From positions 49,600,001-49,664,000 of the forward strand of contig CM060732.1 in the NCBI GenBank assembly GCA_030704615.1: a stretch of 64,000 bases of DNA, given 5' to 3'. Position numbers and translations under genes: made by a program. The notes beneath the pieces are model-generated. The model worked only from the letters and a program-made list of their open reading frames with translations, was not told the DNA's origin and did not search any database. Below are positions 12,284 to 24,419 of the stretch, piece after piece. Within the stretch, counting starts at the first letter, position 1; every line of letters begins with the position of its first letter. The DNA is from Takakia lepidozioides (lineage: Eukaryota; Plantae; Bryophyta).

Positions 12284-14005
12284 TCAAGTTGTTGAGGAGA
12301 TGAGCCCATGGTTGAGCCAGGGATGTTGCATACAATCCCCGGCAGACGGCCGCTTCTTTGGCATGAAATTGAGCAACGGAGAGAGGAAGTCTGCGAGTTC
12401 TCGGGCATCGTGCTCTACAAACTTGTAGGCCTCCACAAACAGCCTTTGGAGAGGATACAGGTCACGTCCTTTTATGCGGTGCAGATCACCGTGCCTGGTG
12501 AAGTATGAGTTGGAGTTGTGGCCCCTTGAAGCCATCTTGCGAGGGATGGGGCCGAGAACTTGCATGATTTGTGCGAGATGGTCCTCGTCCCGAGAGAATT
12601 CATCTCCGCCAGTTCTTGGATCAAACAAGACATTGCCAGTTGCCAGTTCAAATATGAGACATGCGAACGACCACATGTCGGCTGAAGTTGAGTACTTGGC
12701 TCTTAGTAAAACTTCTGGGCATCGATATGGCCGTGTTTGAATGTCCTGAGTGTATTGCCTGTAAGTCCAGCAGGATGTTCCCAAATCCACTATTTTACAT
12801 CGCGTGTCCAACTCAATCAAGTCTTTAGAGATTGCGGACCTTTGGCCAGATGCCCTCTTGGGGGATATGTCGATAAAGGTAACTTGTGACCGGGCTTTCT
12901 TCAGTTTATGGTGATCATCACCAACTTGTACAGGAATTGAAGGTTTAATCTCAAGCTTTTCCATAGAAGTCTCTGGGAGATCTGCGACTGGTGCAGCTCC
13001 CACAATTTCTCTCCCATCTCCACTTGGTGGAAGGACTGTTGACTCCTGAATGTTTAAGCCTTTCTCTGTATCAAGTACTTCAGGCTCATGAACAATTTTG
13101 CCATCTTTCTTATCCTTCCGTTTCAACTGCTTCTTTTTGTGGTCTCTGGAGAGCATAGCAGCACCCAGTACTGGAATACTGGCCGGTACGGTTGATTGAC
13201 GATTCCCACTGACACAAGCACTGTCAGAAAGCCGAGGGTCTTTGTTGGGATCCAAAGGGGACATTAGGAGGATGTTCTCAGGCTTCAGATCAGTGTGAAT
13301 GATGTTCAGTTGGTGCAAGTAATGGAGGCCTACCAAAATATTTTTGGCCAATTCCTTCACAATGTGAAGAGGCAATCCTTTATACTTTGTATGTTTTATC
13401 AGGGTGAGCAGGTTGTCTCCCAAGAACTCAAACACCATGCATATATGACGACCATTGGGTCCTTTGTGATCAAAATGGTCAAGTAGCTTAACAACGCCCT
13501 TGCGACCTTCAGGGTCTCCAGCTCCTATCTCCTTCAAGATTTTGATCTCCGCTTGCGCTGCGAGGGTGCAATCCCTTGCATTGTTCTGTATCTTCAATGC
13601 GACGCATATTTGGTCCTGCGTGTCCCAAGCAAGCCAGACTGTGGAGAAGGCCCCCCACCCCAACTTTCTGTGCACCTTATAACGACTAGACTTGAAAGAG
13701 TTGCCCACATGAACGGCTAGAGTTTCTCGCTTATGCTCAAAATTATCATCGGTATCAGAATCTCCCACCGCCTCACTACTGTGACTCTCTGAGTCAGGAT
13801 CAGTGGTCTCATCGCTCCCCATGTCTGATACGTCGGTACCATTATGGGTGGACTCAGAGAGAGCTATGACATTTTTCTTATACCTGGACACTTTGGACTT
13901 CTGGGACACTCTTCCTTTTGGCTTCTTGGCCTTCCTGCCAGGAGGCACTGATATGGCTTTTCTGGTCTTCCGTGGTTCTGCTGACCTGCCCTCTCTTCGA
14001 GGCAT
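12284..14005 (-). CDS. SRPK: Serine/arginine-rich protein kinase (SRPK family), single-exon CDS, 573 aa
   Basis: KLGWGAFSTVWLAWD, ALK, HICMVFEFLGDNLL, HTDLKPEN, long spacer insert, KIVDLG..CW...DIQTR.YRCPEV, FELATG..LFDP, RDEDHLA. Confidence 0.93.
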   Translation of the reverse strand: MPRREGRSAEPRKTRKAISVPPGRKAKKPKGRVSQKSKVSRYKKNVIALSESTHNGTDVSDMGSDETTDPDSESHSSEAVGDSDTDDNFEHKRETLAVHVGNSFKSSRYKVHRKLGWGAFSTVWLAWDTQDQICVALKIQNNARDCTLAAQAEIKILKEIGAGDPEGRKGVVKLLDHFDHKGPNGRHICMVFEFLGDNLLTLIKHTKYKGLPLHIVKELAKNILVGLHYLHQLNIIHTDLKPENILLMSPLDPNKDPRLSDSACVSGNRQSTVPASIPVLGAAMLSRDHKKKQLKRKDKKDGKIVHEPEVLDTEKGLNIQESTVLPPSGDGREIVGAAPVADLPETSMEKLEIKPSIPVQVGDDHHKLKKARSQVTFIDISPKRASGQRSAISKDLIELDTRCKIVDLGTSCWTYRQYTQDIQTRPYRCPEVLLRAKYSTSADMWSFACLIFELATGNVLFDPRTGGDEFSRDEDHLAQIMQVLGPIPRKMASRGHNSNSYFTRHGDLHRIKGRDLYPLQRLFVEAYKFVEHDARELADFLSPLLNFMPKKRPSAGDCMQHPWLNHGLISSTT

Positions 14006-15833
14006 TTCCCCCCAGACCAGTTAAACAAATTTGTATACCTTTGCAGCAAGGTTACCACCCAAATTTGATGCTGTTGTAAGTAGGTTCTTGTGCTTCCTTC
14101 CTCGGCAATGCGTCCTCACTTATGTGGTTCCCAGCATATGGGATTTCTGGAAACTATGATATCTTGGTTATTGGGTTCTTCTTGCCCTAATTGCATGCAG
14201 TGCTCCACTCTTTGGAAACATCCTTTATTACTCATTACATGCAGCGTTGATTGCATGCGTACTGTTGTCCCTGTTGCATGGCATGTAAGTTAATCAAGTA
14301 CTTCTTTTGGTTTTGGCCCTGTGTGATCAACGAAGCAAAGAGGAGAACGAACACTCATGAGGCAATCTCAAACGCGAGAGGATGGGGTAAGATTGACATA
14401 CCTCTCTCCATATATCTTAACGTGAGTCCGATGAACAAGGACTACTGCGTGCACAGCTTAGCATGAGATACTTAATTGCATGTCAAGCTAATACCCATGA
14501 AAGAACTCGATCTGAGCAAGTTCTTAGAACCTATAGAGTGATGATGGAGAGAGGGCGCATAGATCTATAAGAGACTCGATCTAGAAAGAACGAGCATAAG
14601 ACCGCCATTTTCAAACTCATCACAACTCCGTAACACTCGAAGCATCTTCTAACTCTAAGACTCTGTTACAATCTGCAGACCCACCATCGAGTGAAAACAG
14701 AGCTGAACTTCGCTCCAGCAAAAGCTTCTGTAGAGCAGCACCCAGATTCAGATGACGATGTTACAGATTTAAAATGTCAACGTTGGAGCGAGCACTACAG
14801 AGACGGTTAACAGGCACCCACTGCTCCACCACCTCTGAACCTCCACCACCTACCCATCTCAGTGTTCAAATACTGTTACCACCAGTGTTGGGCGCTCCTT
14901 AAATTTTTCCAACATCCGCCTGTTCGGATATTTGCCAGAGCTTCATTACAACCCGTCTCTCCGATTCGACCTTTCACTGGCAGAACTCTCTCCCCTCGCA
15001 TTGGAAGAGAGAGAGAAGACGCCGGCCCAGAGCCGGCCTAATTGAGAGCCACTGCACCTTGCTGTGAAGGCGAGGATGGGGATGTCAATTGGTGCCATTG
15101 CCATGCCAGGTTTCCAACCTGAAGCTCTCTGCTTGCATTTTCTGTTCCGTCTCTGGGCCTCTCCCGTTCTCTCTCGCTCTCTCTGTTCTTCTGTTCATTT
15201 GGACTCATGGTTTCGGGTTGGTTATCTCCTTTGTAAGTAGGCCCACCAAGCCAAAACTGGGTTTTTTTGCCCCCCCACTTTTAATGCAGTTTCTGATCTA
15301 TCTATATATAGAGGTATAGTCATAAATCCGGAAGCTCACTGGCCCTGGAAAGATGAGTCTGCCCTATCTTGTGGGCACTTGGCACTGTGTGGGTTGGATC
15401 GGGGGACCCACTTGCGTTGGAGGGAAATTGAAACTGAAGTCATTCCTTGTGTTCTGTTACGCTACATTACCGACTAAGCCAATCCCTCGCAGCGGTGTTC
15501 CGCTACGAGGATCAGAAATCCTTAGCAGAGTATCTGCATGAGGCTACACAATCCCTTGCTCATACTTGCTTTTGGGTTTCTCTCGATCTTTCTTGTTTCA
15601 GGCTTTCTCGTGTGGAACTTAGCTGATTGAGCTTTCCGAGGACGTAATAAAGGATCGTTCCATTTCTGTCTTTCTTCTTCCTCGTCTCTTTCTGTGCGGG
15701 TGTATGTGTGAGAGAGGAGACGGGATTTATGTGCTCTTTAAACTTTGATCGGAAGTTCAAGTTTGTTTCACTTTTGTAGAATTCAGTTCAGTTCATCGTT
15801 TGTCTCTTTCGCTTTTACCCATTGCTTGTAGCT

Positions 15834-18800
15834 ATGGCTGTGACGACGAGTGGGACTGTGGGAGCCGTCTGGTCCAATGGCGCAGCTTCAGAAGTCCATA
15901 TCAGTCACGATTTTTCAAGAATAAACTCACCGATGGTAATTCGCCTCTCCTCCTGTGCAGCCGTTACTTGTAGCCATACCCGTTCTTCCACCGTCCTTTC
16001 TCCCTCCTTTGTCTCCAGGTATCCATTCTCAGTATCAAGAAGAGACTCGCAGAGTCGAGATTGGAGTAGGAGTCAAGCTGAAAAGCTTGAGAAAGCAAGC
16101 TCGCGGCCAGGGTTATGTCAAGAATCTAGAGAGTTCATCTGTGAAGCAAAATGTGGGCCGACAACTACTGTGCAATTGGATGATAGGACGGCATGGAAGG
16201 AAGGTACGGTCGAGATTGTGAGTGAGCATTCTTCCGCAGTCGAAGCAGGATCTGTGCAGCATGACATGGGCGTTATGATACTTCTCCTGGCCGGGGCATA
16301 CTTGTTGGTGCGGCTGTTTGACTTCCTTACAACACAAAAGTTTCTTGGACAGGTACTCCACACCTGCATGTAATAACCAGTTGGTAAATGCATCACGAAC
16401 TCATGAAAGCAAGTAGACTACTGCATTGGCAACCCAATCATAGGTTTCCCGGTGGAGGTGTCAAGTCTTGTATTTCTAGTCCAGTGCTTGTGTTAATTGA
16501 AGGAGGCAACCTGAGAGTTTGAGCGGAACACAAAGAGACAGAAACTACCTTTGTCAGGGGCTGACACCGGTAGTATGACTTACCTTGGAACATACAATTG
16601 ATCCGAGATATCCTCTAAAAATACCTTTACACAAGCATCAATCTGCTGGTGTGACTTGCCCAATAACTCGGCCCAAAAAGGGCCTGGGCTTTTGGCTCAG
16701 CCTCAAGATTTTCAAACTTGGACTGGATCATTAGAGAGAGAGAGAGAGAAGAGATTAGCCATTTGTTTATTGAGAAGCCTCCACACTTTGACTGTGGCTG
16801 ATCGGTCTTGTTGGCTATGCATATCTTCAAGACTCACAACCTACATTGTATATGACATCCGAGTAAAATGCTGGAAAGTGAATCTTCGGAAAGACCAAAG
16901 TCTAGGTACGAATGTCGCAGGCAATTCAATTCTCAATGAGATGAGAAGTTCGTGATTCTGAGCCAGTTCTAAGGTAGTGGAAACTTCTCCAGAAATTTTT
17001 TCTTGTAGACCTGGAGCCAGAAGAGCTCTGCCTCAACTTTGTGAAGAAGAATCTGATCTCTGAAAAACATTTCCTCATTTGATTTGAAAGACAGCATGAC
17101 TGCCCTTATGAGCTTGTTTCAACTAGATGGGAATGGCCTAAGGTAACAGGCCAGGGTTCCTAGAGACACTACCCAGATTGTTTTCCTTGTTAAGAAGAGA
17201 GGAGCGCATGATAGTTTTTCATGTACCTGTTAAGTTCACATGAGGCTCTGAGGCTCTGAGGCTATGCAGAAGTGCATTTTGCATTAAGGTCTTCTCTGTA
17301 ATTGCTGATCTACAGAAATTGAGCCGGAAGCTGGTGCATATAATATCAGGATTGCTGTTTGCACTAAGCTGGCCTATTTTCAGGTGTGCCTTTTCAATCA
17401 CGCTGTGTCTCCTTGTCTTTTCTCCTCCGATATCCTGGAGGTCTTTCCTATGTATCATTTATTCTCGACTGCGCAGCAGTCATATTTGCAAGTTTGTCAG
17501 CTATTATTATATGGAGGCACAAAACAACAAGGTTTATTCTCTGCCATTGCTATCAACATATGTGCATAATCCACTCAAGGTGGTGTGACATCTTGCATAT
17601 GCTATGAAGGGCTCACACTCTGGTACACACTGGGTCTGGGGATTGGAAGTGCAGCATGTCGCCTTGGGCACGATTTATTGCAGCAGTGGTGCCTATCAGC
17701 AATGGCCTGAGGTTGCTCGTATATGGGCTGGGCATATTGAAGGATGAAGGCCTTGTCAAATCTGTGAGCCGTGGGGGTGATCCTAGGTACAACTTTGTTT
17801 CTGTGGCATGTCTTTCCTCATAAACTTCCGCAACTGTTGCCAATCTATGTAGTCTATGCTTTTGAAATCTTCGTGAAAAGAAGACATCTCATATGTGGTG
17901 GAGAGGGAACACAGGGAGCTGCTGCGGGGGCCACTGTATTATGTGGTGGTGTTGGCCCTCAGTACGATATTATTCTGGCGCAATTCTCCGGTGGGCATTA
18001 TAGCTCTGGCCATGATGTGTGGTGGTGATGGTGCGTGATGCCTTTCACGGTCCACTACATGCATATGATTGTCATTGTCATGCAATGTCTATGCCCTGCA
18101 GCTGAAGAAGGAAAGAAGGATCGGTAGCCTCATGTACTAGGACAGTGAGACTCTACTGTACTCTGACGACCATAACGAGGAGTTAATTCTTGAAGCAGGA
18201 ATTGCTGATATCATAGGGAGAAAGTTTGGATCAGTGAAGCTGCCATACAACTCTGACAAGAGCTGGGCTGGAAGTATTGCTATGTTCCTTTTTGGCTTCC
18301 TCGTTTCCTCTGGGTAAGGCGGCTGGCCTTCTGCTATTTGAAATTATCTACAGAAGTGAGGCCAGGTAACTGAAGGGTGATTTTATCTAAGACCACCTCT
18401 ATGTAATTATGCAGCCCCTTCTTTCAGAGGTGCTAGGACTGAGTCCATGCAGGAAAACTGCATCTTCAACGTGACATGTTCACTGGGATTCTCTTGATTT
18501 CCCATCCTTCTACTGTCTTACCACAGGTGCTCTCATCCCAGAGCATCCTCGTGACCCATATATCTCTAACTCAGGTTGATACTCATTTAAACTTTTTGTG
18601 TGGTGACAGTGTCTGTCACTCAGCAATCTGGCAGGACCCACATGTGTAGTATGTTTGAAACCTCTACATAAGCCAGGACTTCAAACCAGTAGAACTGGAT
18701 GTTGAATTCAAACAACAGTTTTTGAAGAAAGATTAGATGGAGTGGGGGTCTAACAGTGTGGGTTTGTGAAATGCCTTGTATGACTGCTTAAGCATGGAAT

Positions 18801-19301
18801 ACAACCGAAATACCACCCCGAATCACCATGTGAAACTGAGAAATTGCAAAGTCAAAACAGGTAAGAATAGGTGTCGAAATTGTCTTAGCTGGAGGACGGG
18901 CACTCAATGTTGTTTCAGCTACAGAAGAAGATGGATTCATCATCTAAATCTTGAAAAGTAGATTAAAGTAGATTCACTAAGTAGAGTGCAATTCCGTCAC
19001 ATACTCGTATGAGCTGTCACCGAGCTAGAGCTGTGTGTGTCTGAGACACCAGAGAAGCAGAGGAGTCTCTTGGTGCAAGGCTTATATCTTGAGATGCATT
19101 GGCTATGGCAGGTGTCTTTGGTACTTCTCTATGCTGGGTTTCTACTCCGTGGAATGGGGAGGGGCCGCCTTGCGGCTAGCTGTTGTGACATTGGCAGCAA
19201 CCGTGGTGGAATCACTGCCCATAACAACCAGATTGGATGACAATCTGACTGTACCACTTACGACAGTTGTGCTAGGAACACTTTTATTTCCATCCAGATG
19301 A
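15834..19301 (+). CDS. VTE5: Phytol kinase (VTE5-like), chloroplast; exons 15834-16352, 17316-17383, 17655-17786, 17915-18030, 18199-18313, 19112-19301
   Basis: GT-AG exons join in frame: LSRKLVHIISGLLFALSWPIFS, ELLRGPLYY, FWRNSPVG, MMCGGDGIADIIGRKFG..KLPYN..KSWAGSIAMF, VESLP....DDNLTVP. Ser-rich transit peptide. Confidence 0.9.
16590..16950 (-). mobile_element. Fragment of the RTEX-like LINE family in VTE5 intron 1, with adjacent (AG)n
   Basis: The reverse complement (FENLEAEPKAQALFGPSYWASH...) matches 54670-54760. Confidence 0.75.
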
Positions 19302-20149
19302 TTTCTTAACTGCCTCATCAAGACGACTTGAGTCAAATGTCTTCAATGTTAATAGAGGGTGTCTGGGTTGGAAAAGTGGCTGGATAGAGATTCATCCCAT
19401 CAACGAACCATTGCTTCGAGAAACCCACACTACTCTTGTTTCTTCTGTCAGTTCAAAGATACTTGAGACAAATAGACTGCTGTGGTATGGGAAGGGTGCA
19501 GTTGAAAAGAATTGTTCTTAGAAGATCCATGTGAAGCTCAAAGAGCTTATGGTACAATGGAAAACACAGAAGCAGGTCCTCCGAAAGTACTGTGTAACTT
19601 TGCCAAACCACCAATTTGGTGCGAGTATTGGACAGTAGGTGAGCGTGGAAGACGTGATTAGCCATATGTAAATGTATCCATTTTGGTGAAGTAGCCTTGT
19701 CTGTATGTCAAGTTGTCATGTGGGTGTCATGGCCAGCCTCTAACCCGGATCAGGAGGTGAGCATGGAAGTCCTTCAGAATGCCATTTCAAGTTTGGAGCA
19801 TTCAGGAAAATTTTGTTCTGTCCAGTCTGCTCCTCCTAATCAGTTTCCCGGTGATCAAGTGGGACACAGATTGATCTCTTGGAGAAAGTGGAGATCGGTT
19901 TCAGTTCTTTCATCTTTGGACAAAAAATTGGAGATTCGCTTCACTTCTTTGAATGCAGGTGTCTAACGTACCAGAGAACTGTTACAGTGTCATCTTACCT
20001 CTCCAGTGGCAATTGAATGGCTTACGTCAATGCATGATCTCGGAGACATGGGTTCTGACCTTTCAAATTGTCAATGGTGAAGTTAATAGCTGTTATGCAC
20101 AATCGTTTGGCAAGTACATCATCTGTTCATTTTAGGAGCATGCAATTTT

Positions 20150-20370
20150 CCCATAGCTGGGGCTTCAAAACCAAATCCAGGCATAGGTATTGCCGTATCT
20201 AGTATCAGGTCCACGGCGGTAGTGGATATCCACATTAAAGCCATTGGCTTTGTTGGATGCACCAAGAGTCCAAAAATTGCTTCGACATCTTTCAGGTCCA
20301 TGGTCCCAGAATGTCTTCAAAATAGTGATGTATGACCAGAAGCCCAGTGAGGCTTCAGTAGCTGGCTCAG
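20150..20370 (-). pseudogene. Possible decayed M20 amidohydrolase (ILR1/ILL-like) fragment
   Basis: LKDVEAIFGLLVHPTKP resembles the ILL motif VEAIFGLHV. Short and degenerate. Confidence 0.3.
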
Positions 20371-21012
20371 ACTCTTGACACCACCCACAACAGTCAGTCT
20401 GCCTAAAAGCTATGTCCAGCATTTGGACTGGGTGTGCTTGTCAGTGCAAACCATCACTCTTCTTGGATCATGCATTGCAGAGCAACCTTATTTTCCACTA
20501 TAGCCACTACCTGTAGTGTGGATGTCTGGTTCTACATGGAAATGATCAATGGAAGAGTATTACAAAGTGGAAAGTTGGCTATAATGACTGGAATGTAGAG
20601 CAATGACGCTGTTTGGGCTGTGGATTTTTGTTTTGTTCCTTCCATGGTTTGAAATTGTGTGTTTCTAAGCATGTGGATGCCGAGTGATGCCTTGAATATA
20701 TGAGACACATCTGTGATGTTCAAGAATGTGGTTAGAGCTGCACTTTGTACCTGAGAGCTAGCAAATCTTGCCAGGGCTTCACGTTGCTACTAGCGATGAC
20801 TTCTAATAACAACATCCAGATCGATGGGAGATATTCAAGTTTTATGAAAAGATGAACATTTATTTTATTCCATAACCAGTGTAATGACTGTGGGGCTCGT
20901 TTTGAGTAGTACAATGGCAAGCAGACTTGGATTATGAATGCTGTTTATATGATATCTTACTTATTTTCAATTGGTTTAGATTTCAGATTGTTTGGATTTT
21001 CAATTAATGTCA

Positions 21013-22921
21013 TCAATATATGAAGCAAGACGTTTGTTTTGTTTTGTTTAGCCTTGGTGCTTGGTATCATTGGAAAGCCCTCGACGAGGAGGGGTGCACG
21101 GGCTTGGTCTCATGATTTTTGGACCTGCGGTGTGGGAGGTGTGGAATTTCAAGTACTTTGGATCGTTGGAAATTCCCCAAAAATAGCAAAGTGGAATTCC
21201 TGGGACAATGGTTGGAGCCTTGAGAGGAGAGATATAAAGGGAAAGGTCTCGGTTCAAATCTGGTCGGAGGCTCTGTGGAAAAAAAATGCATTTGGACTTA
21301 GATGACATTGGACCCTTGGTCCAACGGCAGAGGCTACCCTTGTGAAGCCTTAAAACAAGATGGGAGAATAATCTCATGTCCTCTCAAGTATTGAACAAAA
21401 TGACAAGGGGCGAGGAAGGAGAAGCGTGCATGCACACGAGAGGAGGATCTTCACAAGTGAACTGACAAAAATCTCACACGTATTGTGCTAGGACACCTTT
21501 ACACATACATACACCAGCGTACATCTGCTGCCTAACACAAGGTCAGGCCGCCACTTTATACAAACCCTAGCTGCCTGTCACGCCGCCTTGTGCTGAGCCC
21601 ACGACGCCTTTTCATAGCCCTAGATCTATTGAACGGCTAGGATGCAGCCACAAGTATTAACTAACCCTGGCTACGCCATCATTGTAACGGCTTTAACGAT
21701 ACTTACGCCAAAAAATTATACTACAAATGAGTATCGCCGCTTTGGATGAATAAGGAGAATGCTAGATGAGGAGAGAACGGTCCTTCACACCCTGGAGGTC
21801 GCACTTGGGCCTCGACATAGGAGACACACTTGCATATTGCACTTGGGCTTAGATGACACTTGACACTTAGGCCAGCGGCACAGGCTACTCAATATATGAA
21901 GCGAGACGTTTGTTTTGTTTTGTTTGTTTTGTAGATTTGAGATGTTCCAAACTGCAGGGGCCATCCTAAGTGCTTGGTACTGTTGGAAAGCCCTCAACGA
22001 GGAAGGGTGCATGGGCTTGGTCTCACGATTTTTGGACCTGCGGTGTGGGATTTCAAGTACTTTGGGTCGCCGGAAATTCATGAAAATTTGCAAAGTGGGC
22101 ATTCCTGGGACAATGGTTGGACCTCGACAGGAGAGATGTCAAGGGAAAGGTCTCCGGTTCAAATCTAGTAGTAAGGCTCTGTGGAAAAAAAAACGCATTT
22201 GGACTTGGATGACATTGGACTCTTGGGCCAACGGCAGAGGCTACCCTAGAGGTCGCACTTGGGCCTCGACGTAGGAGATTGCACTTGGGCTTAGATGACA
22301 CTTGACACTTAGGCCAATGGCAGAGGCTACCCTAGTCAATATATGAAGTGAGACGTTTGTTTTGTTTTGTTTTGTTTGTTTTGTAGATTTGAGATGTCCC
22401 AAATTGTGGGGCCTCACCCTGAGTGCTTGGTCCCATTGGAAAGCCCTCGACGAGGAGGGGTGCACGGGCTTGGTTTCACCATTTTTGGACCTGCGGTGTG
22501 GGAGATGTGGAATTTCAAGTACTTTGGGTCGCTGGAAATTCACGAAGAATTGCAAAGTGGGCATTCCTAGGACAATGGTTGGAGCCTCGACAAAAGAGAT
22601 ATGAAGGGAAAGGTCTCCGGTTCAAATCTGGTCGTAGGCTCTGTGGAAAAAAATCCATTTGGACTTAGATGACATTGGACCCTTGGGCCAACGGCAGAGG
22701 GCTACCCTAGAGGTCGCACTGGGGCCTCGACATAGGAGACGCACTTGCATACATAAATGCATTTGGACTTAGATGACATTGGACCCTTGGGCCAACGGCA
22801 GAGGCTACCTTAGAGGTCGCACTTGGGCCTCGACATAAGAGACGCACTTGCATAAATAGGAGATTGCACTTGGGCTTAGATGACACTTGACACTTGGGCC
22901 AACGGCACAGGCTACCCTAGT
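21013..22921. repeat. Degenerate ~450-bp tandem repeat with ~100-bp subrepeats
   Basis: caatatatgaagNNagacgtttgttttg recurs at ~21015, ~21890 and ~22338. ttggacttagatgacattggaccc..ccaacggcagaggctaccct recurs at least 6 times. Confidence 0.9.
21341..21789. mobile_element. Solo LTR (449 bp) inserted in the tandem repeat
   Basis: Starts TGTGAAG and ends CTTCACA (7-bp inverted termini, TG..CA). Flanked by a CCCT duplication. Removing it restores the repeat unit aggctaccct(a/g)gaggtcgcac. Confidence 0.85.
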
Positions 22922-23229
22922 GGTTTCATGAAAAATGCTTTCTTTTTTTAATTTAATGCATATTTGTTTCCGATAGACATTAGTATTTCATAGGATTTTT
23001 ATTTATTTTTTACCAACAGGGGGGATTGAAGTCCTGATTAATTTTATTAATAAATTATTCGGGGATAACGATATGATTGATAACGACCATATATTCGAAG
23101 ATACATTCTTGATTTTTTTTTAAATATTGTCTAGATAAAATTATTGTTGTGATAAGAACCTATCTTCAAAAAAAATATTAATATTGATATTGATATTTGT
23201 CTTAAAGTTTAAGGTAGTTTGTTTTATGA

Positions 23230-23836
23230 TCTCTCCTGGCTCAAGGGTGTTATGCCCTAAACAGCCACATCAAACTGTTCCTGATTCAATCAACCATGTT
23301 GATGGTGCTTCCAGTTGACCATTTATCCATGCAGGTTTGTTGTAGCTATGAATCCACAGTGGCTCATTTGCACTCTTGAGCTTAAAATCCGGTTCTCTCG
23401 GATGGATATGCTACCACACTCATCTGTTACATGCATACATCCTGCATTCATTGTTTTTCGGAAGAAGAACGGAAGAGTGTTGCCGAAGCTATCATGTTAT
23501 TTTTACGAAATCCTGTTGGTCCCTCCTTCTAAAAAGAAAAGAAAAAAGAAAGAAAAACGGGAAACTACTTCTCACAAATCAGGCCTCTTCATTATAGTGA
23601 AGAGAAAATAACCTCTTTGATAAAGATAAAGGTAAATATTATTTAATATCCAATGAATGTAACAGAGCCTACTGCTCAACATAGCCCATCGAGGGGCCGA
23701 TGAATGGTTTGAAGGCACATGTTGAAGGATTGAACCCAGAATTACTACCCGAGCACAAGGCTCATGGACCCCAGGGGGTTGGGGGGGGGGGAGAACATCA
23801 TACCACACCCTACAAGGTTGATTTTTCGTTATCTAT
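23230..23836 (+). mobile_element. Probable Penelope-like element 3'/pseudo-LTR portion (left of the Sola insertion)
   Basis: Degenerate RFVVAMNPQW...HPAFIVFRK resembles PLE RT-thumb C-termini. Followed by an A-rich tail and hairpins. Confidence 0.35.
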
Positions 23837-24419
23837 AAATAACACTATTTTAACTAATTCTGGACTTTTGGCTTAAATCCGGACCAAACTTAATATATAT
23901 TTGAATTCAAATTAATTCAAATGTTAATAATATCACGAACAATAATGTGTGATTGAACTTTGTGAAATTACAAGTGATGTCATACTTACTTCAAAATGTG
24001 ACATATAAGATGTCCATTTGACATTAAAGTGCTTGTGAAATTGCAGTACTAAACAATTCATTGAACGTCCACTGGGAAGTCCAATGATGTAATATTTACA
24101 TTATGTAATCACGATAAACAAATGTGTCGAATCGAACATTGGGTAGACTCATACTCTACCATACACGATATAAGTTGATAGTAATTTTGATTGAATCTTC
24201 ATGTTGACAAGCACAATATTCAGAGACAATGCCATTGGAATGATGTTTTGGGTGTGAGAAGGGCAGTAAAATATTAAAATAGCTTGAAACATTAGGAAGA
24301 TGACCTACTAGGGTAGTAAAATAAGGTTTGGGGTGTAACTAGATATATTAAGTGCAATAAGGTCCAAGTTTATGGTGACTCGGAGAATGGGTCTGGGATT
24401 TTAAAGGGTTTAGGATAGA

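Noticed and set aside
21039-22668. Multiple similar ORFs on both strands
   Set aside because: They are by-products of the tandem repeat, with no domain motifs.
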